Shown here: positions 37,901 to 47,172 of the stretch, one piece after another
How the letters are laid out: each line of letters begins with the position of its first letter
How positions within the stretch are numbered: the stretch's first letter is position 1
From: a virus
Taxonomy: Duplodnaviria; Caudoviricetes
Strand: one strand, 5' to 3'
Length of the DNA: 64,000 bases
Virus record (IMG/VR): IMGVR_UViG_3300017912_002752
The notes under the pieces: generated by a model
The model's input: only the letters and a program-made list of their open reading frames with translations
The model's database searches: none
Told to the model about the DNA's origin: nothing
Program-made: the position numbers and the translations under genes

Positions 37901-40900
37901 TCATTTCTGAACTTGCATCAGCGAAACTAACTATTGTACCATCTGATTGTGCTGCGAAAGTATGTGCTTCATTTGTAAGGAATGCCGTTACTGCGTCTGT
38001 ACCATCAGTACCATCAGTACCATCAGTACCATCTGCACCACCTTCGACTTTAAATATTTTTATTGTGTCTGTTAAACTATTTTTAGTTGCAGATATTGTA
38101 AGTGGGAAGTGTGATTTTGTTCCTTCCATACCACCATTATTCAAGGCGTTTCCAAATACAATACTACCACTTGCTATACCACTAAAGTTACCACCACTAT
38201 TTGTTACATTGGTATTATTAAAATCAAAACCTGTAACTGATGAACCACCTTGTGTTGTGATTGTAATATCACTTGATTGAAGTGCGGCATTTAAGTTTTG
38301 TTGATTAAATGAGAATATAATATTTCCTGGCGTTGCCGTTGTATCACTTGAATCATCAAATGCAAATACTTGAGAACTTACACTTGCTACTAATGATTTT
38401 GCACTTGAACCATCAAGACCTGTTGAACCTTGAGCACCAGCAGCACCATCAGAACCTGCCGTAGATTTAGCAAGTGACATAGTCTTAACTAATTGAGTAC
38501 TTGCACTAACTGCAGTTATAGTTAATGACCCACTATCGTGACCCATCGCAGTAATTGTAAATGTATCTGTGCTTTGATTAAAACTAACGCCTGACGACCC
38601 CGTACCACTAAATGAGTAATTAGATGTTTTATTTGTTATACCTTCAAATACGACTATATCTGTAACGCCTGTACTAAAGTCTGATACTACACCTGACGGA
38701 TTTGCAGGGAATGTATGTGATTCGTTTGTTAGGAATGCCGTTACTGCATCTGCTCCGTCTGTTCCGTCTGCACCACCTTGTACTTTTACTACCGAGATAC
38801 TATCACTCAAAGTATCTTTACTTACTGCAATTGTTAAAGGTAAGTCTGTTTTATTTAAGGACAATCCACTAAATGATAAAGAACCACTTTGTTGTCCTGA
38901 CCCACTTATTACATTTGATGTTCCACCTAAAGATGGAGTTGATATTGTTGCACCACCTGCTTTAGTAATTGTTATATCACCTGTTGCAATTGTATCGGAT
39001 AAATTTTGTTGACTGATTGTAAAGTTAATTACATTCGGCGTTGCCGTTGTATCGTTTGAGTCATCGAATGCAAATACTTGTGAATCTAATGTTACAGAAA
39101 GTTGTTTTGCAGTATTTGATGCAGTTGCCTCATTAACTGCTTGTTGTACATCTTGACCACTTGCAAATTGTAAAGTACCTCTAACAGTCAAAGTAGATGT
39201 TGTCGGTTGCCAAATAAATTTATCACCTAAAGAAAACTGAGAACCTGAATCTACATAAAATCCTGTATCACTATTTCCGTGATTCCCTACACCAATAAAT
39301 AATTTACCAGATTCCATTTTGATTCCAGCAATAGAACCTGTTTTTGCGATTATACCACCTTGAAGGAATACATTATCTGTTGCAAGACCAAAACCTGGAT
39401 TTGAACTTCCAAACACATACTCTGAGTTTGCAAGGCCTGTTAGGTCACCAAGTCTTACTTTTAGTTGTTGGTCATATAAACCACTACCTGTTCTTTCTAC
39501 AATATCAATGTATGGAGTTTGACTATCTCTTGGATTTGCATTCATTCTAATGTAACCACTACCACTTACTCCTGTTGATACGATTACTTGTCCTTCATCA
39601 TATGATTGAGATGTTGAGATTAAGTCACCTAAGAATGCACTTCTACTTACAAACGCTTCGAAGATTTGAAACCTTGGAGATATAAAAGAAGCGGCAGGGA
39701 AATAAATTCCACCACTTTGTTCTTCAGGGTCACCTTCAACTTGAACTAATACAAGTTGGTCCGTGGTGCCTGGTCGTTGTTTTACATAAAAGAATCCATC
39801 CGTTCCTATTGTTGAACCATATGATTGTCCAAAAGTAGGCCCATTATCTCTTCTTAAATAAACATATTTGTTAAGTCCATAATCTGTCAGTACTCCATAA
39901 GTGTCAGGTTTCGATGAAGAGGCTACTATGAATGAAGATGTCATTGCCCCATAAACACCATATATACTCCTACCCGCCTGATTACCATCGTAAAAACTTC
40001 CACCACCTAATGCAGAACCTGAGTAATATTGAAGCGGTCCTTGGTATCCTCTTGTCACAAAAAGTCTACCATGTACTTCTTCTGCACCTGAGTTATCACC
40101 ATCAATAGATGCCGAGTTTACTAAAATGTATTCTGTTTGAAATCCCGTTCCATCTACTTTTTTAGCTATTAAAATTTCACCAGGTGTAAATCCACTTGCG
40201 TTCTTAACAGACATTGTTGTTGCGTTGGCAGTAATATTTGAACCTGTAAGTGTTGTTGCGTTAGCAATCCATAGTTGACCACCCACTGCGTTTACAGATT
40301 CCTTTTCAAATGTAGTTGTTCTTAGAGTACCTCTAATTCTTACATTTTCAAATTCTGCAGTTCCGTTTCCTTCCGAGGATATTTTCCAACCTTTAGTATT
40401 ACTTGCAAAATCTTTTGTTTGCAAGATACCTTGTGGTTTCATTATTAAGTTACCACCTTCAATAGAAGAAGTAGTAATATCCCACCCACCAATAGATGCC
40501 GATACGAATCTTGCAAAACCATCAGCTCTAATAGATGATGATGCATTTGTTTCTGTTGAAGGATTTCCTGCGATTTCTGCTGGAGTTCTAATACTATTTG
40601 CAGTAACCGAACCTAATATAGTTACACCATCCGTAATCGTACCACCTTCTAATAATACTCTTGATGCCGTAATGTCACCTGCCGCCTTTAATCTTAATGC
40701 TCTATCAGATGACCTTATTTCACTTGATACAACTTCAAATCCTGCAATAGATGCGGATGCGAATCTTGCAAAACCATCTTGGTCAATTGATGAAGATGCG
40801 TTTGCTTTAGTTGATGGTGCTCCGTTTACAATCGCCGGAGTTCTTATTTGATTAACAGTAAGTGATGATTTAATTGTAGCGCCTGTACCAATCACTAATT

Positions 40901-42584
40901 GGTTACTTACAGGGTCGAGGTGGAAATCAGATGAACTAATTTCAATTGCACCACCCGAACCACTAATAAATTGACTACCAGGTGTACCAATGAAAAACTT
41001 TTCTGCTTTGATATCTAATTCACCACTACCTGATGTTGTAAATTTCATATGACTTGTATCATTTGCAGATACAAATTCAAACCCAACACCTTCCATTAGG
41101 TCTGAACCTATGACAAGATTACCACTACCAGAATAGATTAAAAATCCACCAGGCCCATCGCCAGTAGATGCGGATGTAAATCCACTATAACCAACTGATT
41201 TTATAAATCCACTACTTGCACCACCGATTTCAATACCACTACCTAATGCGTTTGATATAAAAATAGAACCCGTTATCAAAGAACCTTTACCACCTATGAA
41301 AGTAGTTGACCCTGGGAAAACTATATCTTTCAATAATATAAATGTTGCAGATGGTTCATTCTTTTTATTTAAGAATTCTATTTTAATTGTTTTTGGGTCA
41401 CCAATATGTTGTGATGGTATTGGTACAGTATAGTTAAATGAATCTACTTTACTATCAAATGTATTTGTACCTATGATTTCAAACTCAGTACCCAATCCTT
41501 TTGATTTAACAGAAGTTCTTAATGTGTGAACTTCACCAGCGATTGGTTTTATATTTGATGTAGTAAATGTTGCTACTGTTTGTAAGTTTTGACTTTGTCC
41601 TACTGATGCGGATGAGAAGAATACAACATCGGTTGGAATAGTTGCACTATCCGTAAAATAATATTGGTGATTCTTACTACCTGTAAGTGTATGTTCTATT
41701 TGTAATATGTTACTACTTGAAACACTTAGTATGGATGAAGTAAACTCAGTTGGTTGTGTAACTCCTGTTTGTCTCGGAAAAACAGTTTGACTTGATAAAT
41801 CAAATCTTATTTCACCACCAACCATTTCAGAGGTAAATGCATCACCACTTGTTTTTGTAATTACTACATCATCACCAAAGTTTGACCTTTGATACTTTGT
41901 ATTAAATGACTTAGTAGTTAAAGATAACACATTATCTCTACCCTGTCCCAAGTCATCTTCTTTATTACTATCTAACTTAAATGTACTAAATGGTTGTAGA
42001 CTTGAAGATACTACTCCTAATGGTAAGACCTTTTCATCGAATATAATTTCTGAACTTGATTCCTCATTTGCTCTTACCTCTACATTTCGTGTCCATCTAA
42101 TTATTTCATTTCTATTTCCTGTACCTACGATTGTAACTTTTGCAGTACCCGATGCAGTATTTTCTTCTCGATTACTTCTACCAGAATAAACCCAAACAGA
42201 TATTATCTTACCTTTTACACTTTTTTTTACTTTTGGAATTTCATAGTATATAGGATTACCTTGAGAGTCAAGAACTTCTATGTCAATTTTAGAATTCTTT
42301 TTTAGTAAGTTAGAACCTAAAAGTCTAATCGTGTTTTTTCCTACTCCTAAGTATTCAGGAAATTCAGTAATTCTAAAAAATGTAGAGTTTGGGTCATTAT
42401 CGTTGATAACCACAGGCAAACCTAGGCGTACACGATTGCCCCCTCGTCCTATTCCAGAACCTCTTCCACTTCGTGGTAGTTCTCTAAATTCACGGGGGTT
42501 GTTGACTTCTTTCGCACCTTCTCTATCGAACATGCGGTCTTTACCTAAATTTCGTTTACCTCGTCTTCTGTATTCTAATGCCAT
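31983..42584 (-). CDS. Giant tail-fibre/host-recognition protein with Ig-like repeats, collagen linkers and an internal Hint domain
   Basis: 3533 aa; GWKISSEGNGTAEFENVRIRG and VRLGDL tail motifs; five two-domain repeats; GAQG triplets; Hint domain near the C-terminus; chaperone-like genes downstream. Confidence 0.75.
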   Translation of the reverse strand: MALEYRRRGKRNLGKDRMFDREGAKEVNNPREFRELPRSGRGSGIGRGGNRVRLGLPVVINDNDPNSTFFRITEFPEYLGVGKNTIRLLGSNLLKKNSKIDIEVLDSQGNPIYYEIPKVKKSVKGKIISVWVYSGRSNREENTASGTAKVTIVGTGNRNEIIRWTRNVEVRANEESSSEIIFDEKVLPLGVVSSSLQPFSTFKLDSNKEDDLGQGRDNVLSLTTKSFNTKYQRSNFGDDVVITKTSGDAFTSEMVGGEIRFDLSSQTVFPRQTGVTQPTEFTSSILSVSSSNILQIEHTLTGSKNHQYYFTDSATIPTDVVFFSSASVGQSQNLQTVATFTTSNIKPIAGEVHTLRTSVKSKGLGTEFEIIGTNTFDSKVDSFNYTVPIPSQHIGDPKTIKIEFLNKKNEPSATFILLKDIVFPGSTTFIGGKGSLITGSIFISNALGSGIEIGGASSGFIKSVGYSGFTSASTGDGPGGFLIYSGSGNLVIGSDLMEGVGFEFVSANDTSHMKFTTSGSGELDIKAEKFFIGTPGSQFISGSGGAIEISSSDFHLDPVSNQLVIGTGATIKSSLTVNQIRTPAIVNGAPSTKANASSSIDQDGFARFASASIAGFEVVSSEIRSSDRALRLKAAGDITASRVLLEGGTITDGVTILGSVTANSIRTPAEIAGNPSTETNASSSIRADGFARFVSASIGGWDITTSSIEGGNLIMKPQGILQTKDFASNTKGWKISSEGNGTAEFENVRIRGTLRTTTFEKESVNAVGGQLWIANATTLTGSNITANATTMSVKNASGFTPGEILIAKKVDGTGFQTEYILVNSASIDGDNSGAEEVHGRLFVTRGYQGPLQYYSGSALGGGSFYDGNQAGRSIYGVYGAMTSSFIVASSSKPDTYGVLTDYGLNKYVYLRRDNGPTFGQSYGSTIGTDGFFYVKQRPGTTDQLVLVQVEGDPEEQSGGIYFPAASFISPRFQIFEAFVSRSAFLGDLISTSQSYDEGQVIVSTGVSGSGYIRMNANPRDSQTPYIDIVERTGSGLYDQQLKVRLGDLTGLANSEYVFGSSNPGFGLATDNVFLQGGIIAKTGSIAGIKMESGKLFIGVGNHGNSDTGFYVDSGSQFSLGDKFIWQPTTSTLTVRGTLQFASGQDVQQAVNEATASNTAKQLSVTLDSQVFAFDDSNDTTATPNVINFTISQQNLSDTIATGDITITKAGGATISTPSLGGTSNVISGSGQQSGSLSFSGLSLNKTDLPLTIAVSKDTLSDSISVVKVQGGADGTDGADAVTAFLTNESHTFPANPSGVVSDFSTGVTDIVVFEGITNKTSNYSFSGTGSSGVSFNQSTDTFTITAMGHDSGSLTITAVSASTQLVKTMSLAKSTAGSDGAAGAQGSTGLDGSSAKSLVASVSSQVFAFDDSSDTTATPGNIIFSFNQQNLNAALQSSDITITTQGGSSVTGFDFNNTNVTNSGGNFSGIASGSIVFGNALNNGGMEGTKSHFPLTISATKNSLTDTIKIFKVEGGADGTDGTDGTDGTDAVTAFLTNEAHTFAAQSDGTIVSFADASSEMIVFEGVTDSTANYTYSRTGSAGVTSTLSGANGNVLSISALGHDSGSVVITAVSASTQLAKTMSLVKSKQGTAGLAGSDAKILSVTVDSQVFAFDDSSDTSSTPSSISFVINQQNLSAPLTTGDITITKAGGGTITTPSLGGNVVAGSGQQSGSVTFDNGASPAAGKVVSKSDLPITIAVAKDSLSDDIKVFKVEGGADGAAGAQGGDGTDGVDGTDAVTAFLTNENHTLAADSSGNIASFDGAVTDMEVFEGVTNKNSSYTFARVNGTGVTSTISSNTVTVTGLTHDSGSITITATSASVSLSKTMSLAKSKQGTDGTDGTSAKLLAVSTDSPVFGFLSASDNSADPANIIFSINQQNLSGTIGSGDISITTANGGSVTNFSLNSTDVSNGTGIVSGSVTFTGNTNAGGLNTDKTNLPITISVSKDSLSDEAKVFKVEGGTSGTDGAAGAQGGAGAQGTDGTDGTDGVSALSAFLSNDSHTLPLSSSNQIISFAGASTDIFVFQGVTDVTNDFTISKTQDSHITTTLSGDTVTITNATAPFSGSVVITATSASTSLSKTMSLQVARQGDDGTDGTTAKLLSILSDTPTFAFDNAADTSADPSSANITINQQNLSGTVATSDITITKAGGSTFTTPSLGGSVSDGSGTRTFSLAFSSFSKTDLPLTISVSKDSLSDTLKIFKVQGGTDGAAGAQGGAGAQGTGGAQGTGGADGTDGTSALTAFLTNDSHTLPLSSSGNIISFAGASTDIIVFQGVTDVTDNFTISRTSDSHMTTGLSGDTVTITGATTPFSGSVVVTATSASVTLNKTMSVAVALQGDDGTDGADGAQGTAGSQGSAGSQGSAGAQGPTGPSGAQGSAGAQGADNQDFSFLASGLSSVPTPAPAGLVMNADVFGYHNTLGSGPASISDFSAFMDSSGNFYLGSGSGALGKGYFAWDNTEKTLLISGSGVDFAVQEFYFGRGLTSISGSNGNIKISGDVELVGRNTPNSLYFEDFSQASLADPNTYTNQSDNPKLDGTGVGFYKYDGGATPPVDNADYGQFFGRVLRVGNNAGDDMYWGSSNTVIPFNPTSLYEIEVRVKKTAGSGTFYCGVTGYKTSFNAYNGQTTLTKVNNSGTNSFGSQHYFAASGVNVGSDWTIYKGYFKGTGTSGNGGQHNDITDPGTLDHEATAFAPMFLVNYNSQAGITFVDYIKVTEFQGGGGSTTISGDAISAGTIKSNNIGSNTGTILSLDNGKAYFGGYNAYTSVNGVLIDGPNAQFAVGKASGNYMRFNHTAGKLEVKSDNFTLAANGDMYIGGPNANISSSNGIMDISASGFILSGSGDAQFFGTVSGSTILGGTIGIGSYETGTDGVSRRKFYVTQDGAMYATTASISGDIVSDSATLGKFTIDESSITASGSRMVLDAENYNIILSDSSLTPLVNINAGSSLQSPQAGSTITEYKYASAMNTLSGNASGGTVTVSPVTDYPHQNTQDNFYVNTSTNHQFNFTYNGGSTSTQCVAKGQGSYAVQILYLEIHNGSAFSNTTLQHTIFLKTLSAYGWDISSGEAGLEELREEGGVESVVGDTDMLMSDGSIKKAKDIEEGDNVCAWDDECKKYNMVSEITSVKTRLVDKIYRVTTESGKSVDVSETHGFYITREEEIYAHELIEGESKIFVKDGDNIKLELVTSLEIIFGEHQVYTFSVPGLFNYISNNIVSHNTAEGPQQATTSLAYLFSKSTTLSMTSGTKYYRFKRYYYARAQYSNSGDNSDRTYSIKTDMDSYFQLTPLTQGTEINNAGLQVNKSNEKVFRVDMSSTTDSDARPIIDVIGGMRVDYFQPYTSTADGGLAEKVYGQYNTNINYNERSYPLTRAMCKITMNVSTEYAGTYDSLTIDDPHINISSVTRYSNSSSSGGNTDRNQYYQVSLDNNLSTEKAAPMLSCYGRAGDSSTYAYNNYNDNETCTDHACENYSTSYRWHFRDNNSDGSRDPYEIYFVVFG
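32820..33233 (-). other. Hint/mini-intein-like domain (138 aa, no endonuclease) inside the giant fibre protein
   Basis: Block A SVVGDTDMLMSDG..K.AKDI..GD.V; block B VSETHGF; blocks F/G VYTFSV...NYISNNIVSHN followed by Thr. Confidence 0.88.
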
Positions 42585-42603
42585 TCATAGACTCCATATA
42601 TAA

Positions 42604-45600
42604 CTATAAATATGAAACTTTTGAGAACCCTCTAACTTTACTGATATCTATTATTTGGTCTACCATATCCCTTGTTTTGTCAATATGTGATATCGTGACA
42701 ATAAAATCAAATTGTGTCTTAAGGTAATCAAATAATAAATATAGAGAATTAAAGTTATCAGTATCAAGTGAACCAAATCCTTCGTCAATGGCTATGAAGT
42801 TTGGTCTTGGTAAATTTGATACATTTATTAATGCGGTTCTAATCGCTATTGATGATATAAATTTTTCCATACCACTTGTTAGTTCAAGAGGCCAATATTC
42901 ATCCGTTCCATATGCAATATAAGAATTTATATTTTTTCCATCAGTATTTAATAATACTTGAAAATCTACTATTGGTGATAGTATGTTATTTATTTCTATT
43001 TCTAATTTAGGAAGTACTTCAGATATTAGTTGATATGGAATTCCATCTCGTCTAACACATTTTAGATAATACTCATATCCATCGTACTTAATTTCCATAT
43101 CACGAAGTTTTTCTATCGACTCGTTAACTTGTTGTATTGATTTTTCTGCTAATTTAATATCAGAATTAATCGACATAATCTCTTCATTAACCTCGGATAT
43201 TTTGTCTTTAAAAGTTTCTCGTGTGTCTTTAAAAGAATTTATCTTTTCATTCACTAGCTTGTTGTGCTCAACGGCTTGTTGTTGCTCATCTGCTTTTTTG
43301 ATTAATTCGTTTAAAGATTTAATTTCTGATTTGTATCTATCTACTAACTTAACACAATCATCATAAACTTTACTTGCCTCTAACCACTCTTTGTCTAATA
43401 CACGAGATTCATCTGTTAATGTTTCGTAATCTTGTAAATCGTTTTTAACATCATACTGAACTCTATCGTCTAATACTTTAATCTTTTCTTTGATTAACTT
43501 TTCAAACTTAGTATTCTGTGTCTTGATGTCTTTTTGTAGTTGTTCTGTTTGTTTTACGATTGGGGTGTTTTTGTTTTGTGTACAATGTTCACAATCATCG
43601 TCAAAGGTTAACTGACCTATCCCATCTAAGTGAGACCTCATATGTTTTAAGTCTAATTCAATAGTTTTCGTTTCTTGCTCTAACTTATTGTATTTTTTGT
43701 CTAACCTTTCGTACTTTGTATTTTTCTTCTTAAGTTCTTTGATATCTAACTTAGATAACTTAGATTCAATATCTTTTTGCTTTGCTTCAATATCATTGAT
43801 TTGTAATTTGTTAAAATCACATTCTGAGTTTTGATTATCTAAAAGAATCTGAACTTCATTTAATTTGGATTCTAAGGTTTCTTTATCGCCGATATCCTCA
43901 ACAGGTTTTAACAATCTCATTTCGAACTCCATTTTCATGTTAGTATTATCTAACTTTAATTCAAGTTCATCTTTTCTTTCTTGTAGTTCATCTAAAGAAC
44001 CTGTGATTGATGTTAGGGATTGTTCTGCTTCAATCAATTGACTTGGAAAGTCTTCCTTTTTATATTCTCTAAGTAATGTGTTTAATTCTCTAATCTCTTC
44101 ACTTGCTATCGCCCATAAATCTTCGAATATATCCATATCTAAAAATTGTGCTAATAGTTCTTTTCTTTCCTTTTGAGATTTTTCTATAAACCCACTACTA
44201 TTAGATTGTGTTGACATCGCAGTTAAAACAAAATCTTCATATGTTCCAATATACTCACGAATGATTGCATTGGTCTCTCTTCGTTGTTCACCATTCAGAG
44301 ATTCTTTTTGACCATCAATCATACGATAAAAATCAACATCTACTTTTACTGTTCCTCTTTTTGGACTCTTCTTTGCTTTTCTTTCTATAAAGTAAGCAAT
44401 ATTGTTTAACTCAAATTCAAACTTACAATCAAAGTTCATTTTAGAATAATTCAATACATCTTCTGCTCTGATTGTTCTTGAACATTTATCAAACATACAA
44501 AATGATAATGCATCCCATAATGTTGATTTACCACTTGCGTTTGGTGCAAAGATTCCATATGCACCTTTCATGTTTGTAAAATCAATTACATTATTAGTTC
44601 CATAGGAAAACATATTAGAAAACTCAAATCGTTTTGGAATCCATGTTGAGTTTGATACAATATTATGTTTACCAAGTTTATCATTTATGTCGTTGTTTAT
44701 ACTTGTAACGACTTCAAGTTGTTCTTTTGTAAGATGGTCAGTTTCTTCTAAATACTCTTGAATAAGTTTGTTCTGAAATCCTGTGTCTCTTACATTTTGT
44801 AAAACAATTGATTGATGTTCTACATCTCTTTTACGAGTTAAAACTTTTTGTACAGTAAACTCTTGTACATCTTTACCTTTTTTAATCTGTGCGATTAGTT
44901 TGTTTAGTTGAGATGTTTTCGTATCTTTTACTCGTACCCTTATTCTTGGTTTTTTTGGAATGTGGTTGTCAGAAACTATTTTACCATTTTCAATATCAAT
45001 GGTTACATACCCATAATCGTTGTGAATCGGAACGAACTCACTTGTAAGTTTTTCCATATCCCAAACTAAAATACCATGGATAGGATATTTAGCCTCACCA
45101 TGATTTTGAACTATCAATGAGCCAGGATATTTTATGTGTGATTTACCCATCACCTCATTATTTGGTTTATGGATATCACCTAATAAAACTAAATCAAAGT
45201 CTTCAAAGTGAGATACTTTTACATTTTGATTCTGTATTACAAACCCATGCTCTGTTTCGATATTATCTACTGGTCCGTGAAATATACCAATTCTACCATT
45301 GTTTTGTTTAAAACTTTTTGCAGGTGGAAATCCTTCTGATTTGTCCCAAATTGATTTATGTATAAATGTATATCCACCAATACCATAACCGCCTGTATCT
45401 TTTAGGTAATACAAATTTTTATGGTCTAATGCTGATATGATAGGACTAAGTGCGTCAAGTCTTGATGTGTTATTTAGGTTTGCGTCATGATTACCTGGTA
45501 TAACAATCGTTGGTAGTAAGTCTGCTAACTTACAGAAAAACTCTTGTGTTAAATCTACAACCTCAGGTGACATATCTGTTTTTGCGTGAACAATATCACC

Positions 45601-45774
45601 TGCAATATAGATGATGTCATTTTCCCTCATTGTAGCAAGAATATATCCGTAAAGTTGGGAAAATACTTCACGATACTCTTTGTGTCTTTTTAAGTTTCTG
45701 ATGTGGACATCTGCTATGTGATAGATTTTACCAATCTTTTCTACACCGATGTCAATGTATTTTATTTTTCTCAT
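42604..45774 (-). CDS. Fused SbcD/Mre11-like nuclease and SbcC/Rad50-like ATPase (gp47-gp46-like)
   Basis: ADVH, AGD, PGNHD, FHG, LGDIH phosphoesterase motifs; NASGKST Walker A, coiled coil with CEHC hook, TSGME signature, IAIDEGFG Walker B, ISH. Confidence 0.92.
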   Translation of the reverse strand: MRKIKYIDIGVEKIGKIYHIADVHIRNLKRHKEYREVFSQLYGYILATMRENDIIYIAGDIVHAKTDMSPEVVDLTQEFFCKLADLLPTIVIPGNHDANLNNTSRLDALSPIISALDHKNLYYLKDTGGYGIGGYTFIHKSIWDKSEGFPPAKSFKQNNGRIGIFHGPVDNIETEHGFVIQNQNVKVSHFEDFDLVLLGDIHKPNNEVMGKSHIKYPGSLIVQNHGEAKYPIHGILVWDMEKLTSEFVPIHNDYGYVTIDIENGKIVSDNHIPKKPRIRVRVKDTKTSQLNKLIAQIKKGKDVQEFTVQKVLTRKRDVEHQSIVLQNVRDTGFQNKLIQEYLEETDHLTKEQLEVVTSINNDINDKLGKHNIVSNSTWIPKRFEFSNMFSYGTNNVIDFTNMKGAYGIFAPNASGKSTLWDALSFCMFDKCSRTIRAEDVLNYSKMNFDCKFEFELNNIAYFIERKAKKSPKRGTVKVDVDFYRMIDGQKESLNGEQRRETNAIIREYIGTYEDFVLTAMSTQSNSSGFIEKSQKERKELLAQFLDMDIFEDLWAIASEEIRELNTLLREYKKEDFPSQLIEAEQSLTSITGSLDELQERKDELELKLDNTNMKMEFEMRLLKPVEDIGDKETLESKLNEVQILLDNQNSECDFNKLQINDIEAKQKDIESKLSKLDIKELKKKNTKYERLDKKYNKLEQETKTIELDLKHMRSHLDGIGQLTFDDDCEHCTQNKNTPIVKQTEQLQKDIKTQNTKFEKLIKEKIKVLDDRVQYDVKNDLQDYETLTDESRVLDKEWLEASKVYDDCVKLVDRYKSEIKSLNELIKKADEQQQAVEHNKLVNEKINSFKDTRETFKDKISEVNEEIMSINSDIKLAEKSIQQVNESIEKLRDMEIKYDGYEYYLKCVRRDGIPYQLISEVLPKLEIEINNILSPIVDFQVLLNTDGKNINSYIAYGTDEYWPLELTSGMEKFISSIAIRTALINVSNLPRPNFIAIDEGFGSLDTDNFNSLYLLFDYLKTQFDFIVTISHIDKTRDMVDQIIDISKVRGFSKVSYL

Positions 45775-46706
45775 ACACTAAACAACTGATACTCCATCAA
45801 CTTTCTTAAATCAAGTGGTGGTGTATCATATATTTTTTGGTTTATGTCGTCATATCCCATCTCAGATGGGTCTTTCTCACCTAAATCAACTAAATGCGTA
45901 TCTATTCCATAGGACATAAACTTTTTAGATAGTCCTATTGCATTAGATATAGCATCCGAATCTAAACAAATATACAACTTTTTTACTTTATTTGCAACTA
46001 TTTTTTTCTCTAATTCAGATTGTATTGATTTTCCGAATAATGGTATAGCATTTCTACGAATTGCAATTGCGTCAAATGCACCTTCACATAAAATCAAAGG
46101 AATATCCCAATTTATTAATAGGTCAAACCCTACAATGTTTTTAGATACTTTTGGATTTTTATGTTTAAACTTACTTTGATAAAATGACCTACCTACAAAA
46201 AAGTTAAGTCTGCCTCGGTCATCATATGATGGAATTATAATTTTATCTTCATATTCACCCTCTTCACAATATCCTATATTATATTTAACAATATCTTCTG
46301 GCCTTACGCCTCGTTTCAACAAATAATTTAATGCGTGTTTGTACTTAAATGATTTACTTGGTTTGTATAGTGGTTTAAATTCTTTTGGAAGTTCTACTAC
46401 TTCTGTAACACTATCATTCTGATATTCTGTATTGTATCTGTTTATTCTACTGAATATGGAATTGTACTCATCCCAAGTTTGTTTTGATACACGAAGTTTC
46501 TTGAAAAGAGTTTTGATTGTTCTACCCTTTTCATCCGATATCCAACAATGCCATGGATTCCTACCATCAGAAGTAATCTTAATATTTACTTCTAACTTAG
46601 GTTTGTAATGGTCTACAAATGGTGAATAAAACGCATAATTATCACCAGATGTTCTCTTGGATTTACCAAGAACAGACTCTAATAATTCAAGTAATCTATC
46701 TTCCAT
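45771..46706 (-). CDS. DNA primase (DnaG/TOPRIM type)
   Basis: YLLKRG, IIIP...FFVGR, LCEGAFDA, CLDSD, DPSE; degenerate N-terminal Zn-binding region (WHCW). Confidence 0.85.
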   Translation of the reverse strand: MEDRLLELLESVLGKSKRTSGDNYAFYSPFVDHYKPKLEVNIKITSDGRNPWHCWISDEKGRTIKTLFKKLRVSKQTWDEYNSIFSRINRYNTEYQNDSVTEVVELPKEFKPLYKPSKSFKYKHALNYLLKRGVRPEDIVKYNIGYCEEGEYEDKIIIPSYDDRGRLNFFVGRSFYQSKFKHKNPKVSKNIVGFDLLINWDIPLILCEGAFDAIAIRRNAIPLFGKSIQSELEKKIVANKVKKLYICLDSDAISNAIGLSKKFMSYGIDTHLVDLGEKDPSEMGYDDINQKIYDTPPLDLRKLMEYQLFSV

Positions 46707-46735
46707 TCAATACAAAATTAAGTAAATATACAAAA

Positions 46736-47170
46736 TTATTTTGAGAAATCAAAGAAATTTTCTTTTTGTTTTTCTTCAATCCATTCTTGAGGTATTTCTT
46801 TCTTTGCCCATTTGAATCCGTTCTTTTCACACCACTCTGCATAAGTCGTTTTAGAACCTTTGTATATTTTACCATTTGGGGATTGTAATACAAACCTTAA
46901 ATCCATTTGAGGATTTTGCTCTTTAATCAACAAATGTTTTTTTCTATCTTCAGGTAAAAACCACCCTTTTGATTCTATAAAAATACCATTTGGTAACTTA
47001 AAGTCGGGTTTGTATGTATGATGTGTTGCTGGTATTGTGTATGATACTTCGTGTTGTTCATACTCACCATCGATACCTTGAGCTTTTAATTGTTCATCAA
47101 TTCGTGTCTCAAGGCCGGACTTGTGTCCTTTCATTTTTTGGATGTGACTCCAATTGCCTTTTTTATTCAT
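46736..47170 (-). CDS. T7 endonuclease I-like Holliday junction resolvase
   Basis: KSGLE, YKPDFKLPNGIFIESKG, DRKKHLLIKEQ.P..DLRFV, KTTYAEWCEKNGF. Confidence 0.92.
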   Translation of the reverse strand: MNKKGNWSHIQKMKGHKSGLETRIDEQLKAQGIDGEYEQHEVSYTIPATHHTYKPDFKLPNGIFIESKGWFLPEDRKKHLLIKEQNPQMDLRFVLQSPNGKIYKGSKTTYAEWCEKNGFKWAKKEIPQEWIEEKQKENFFDFSK

Positions 47171-47172
47171 AA

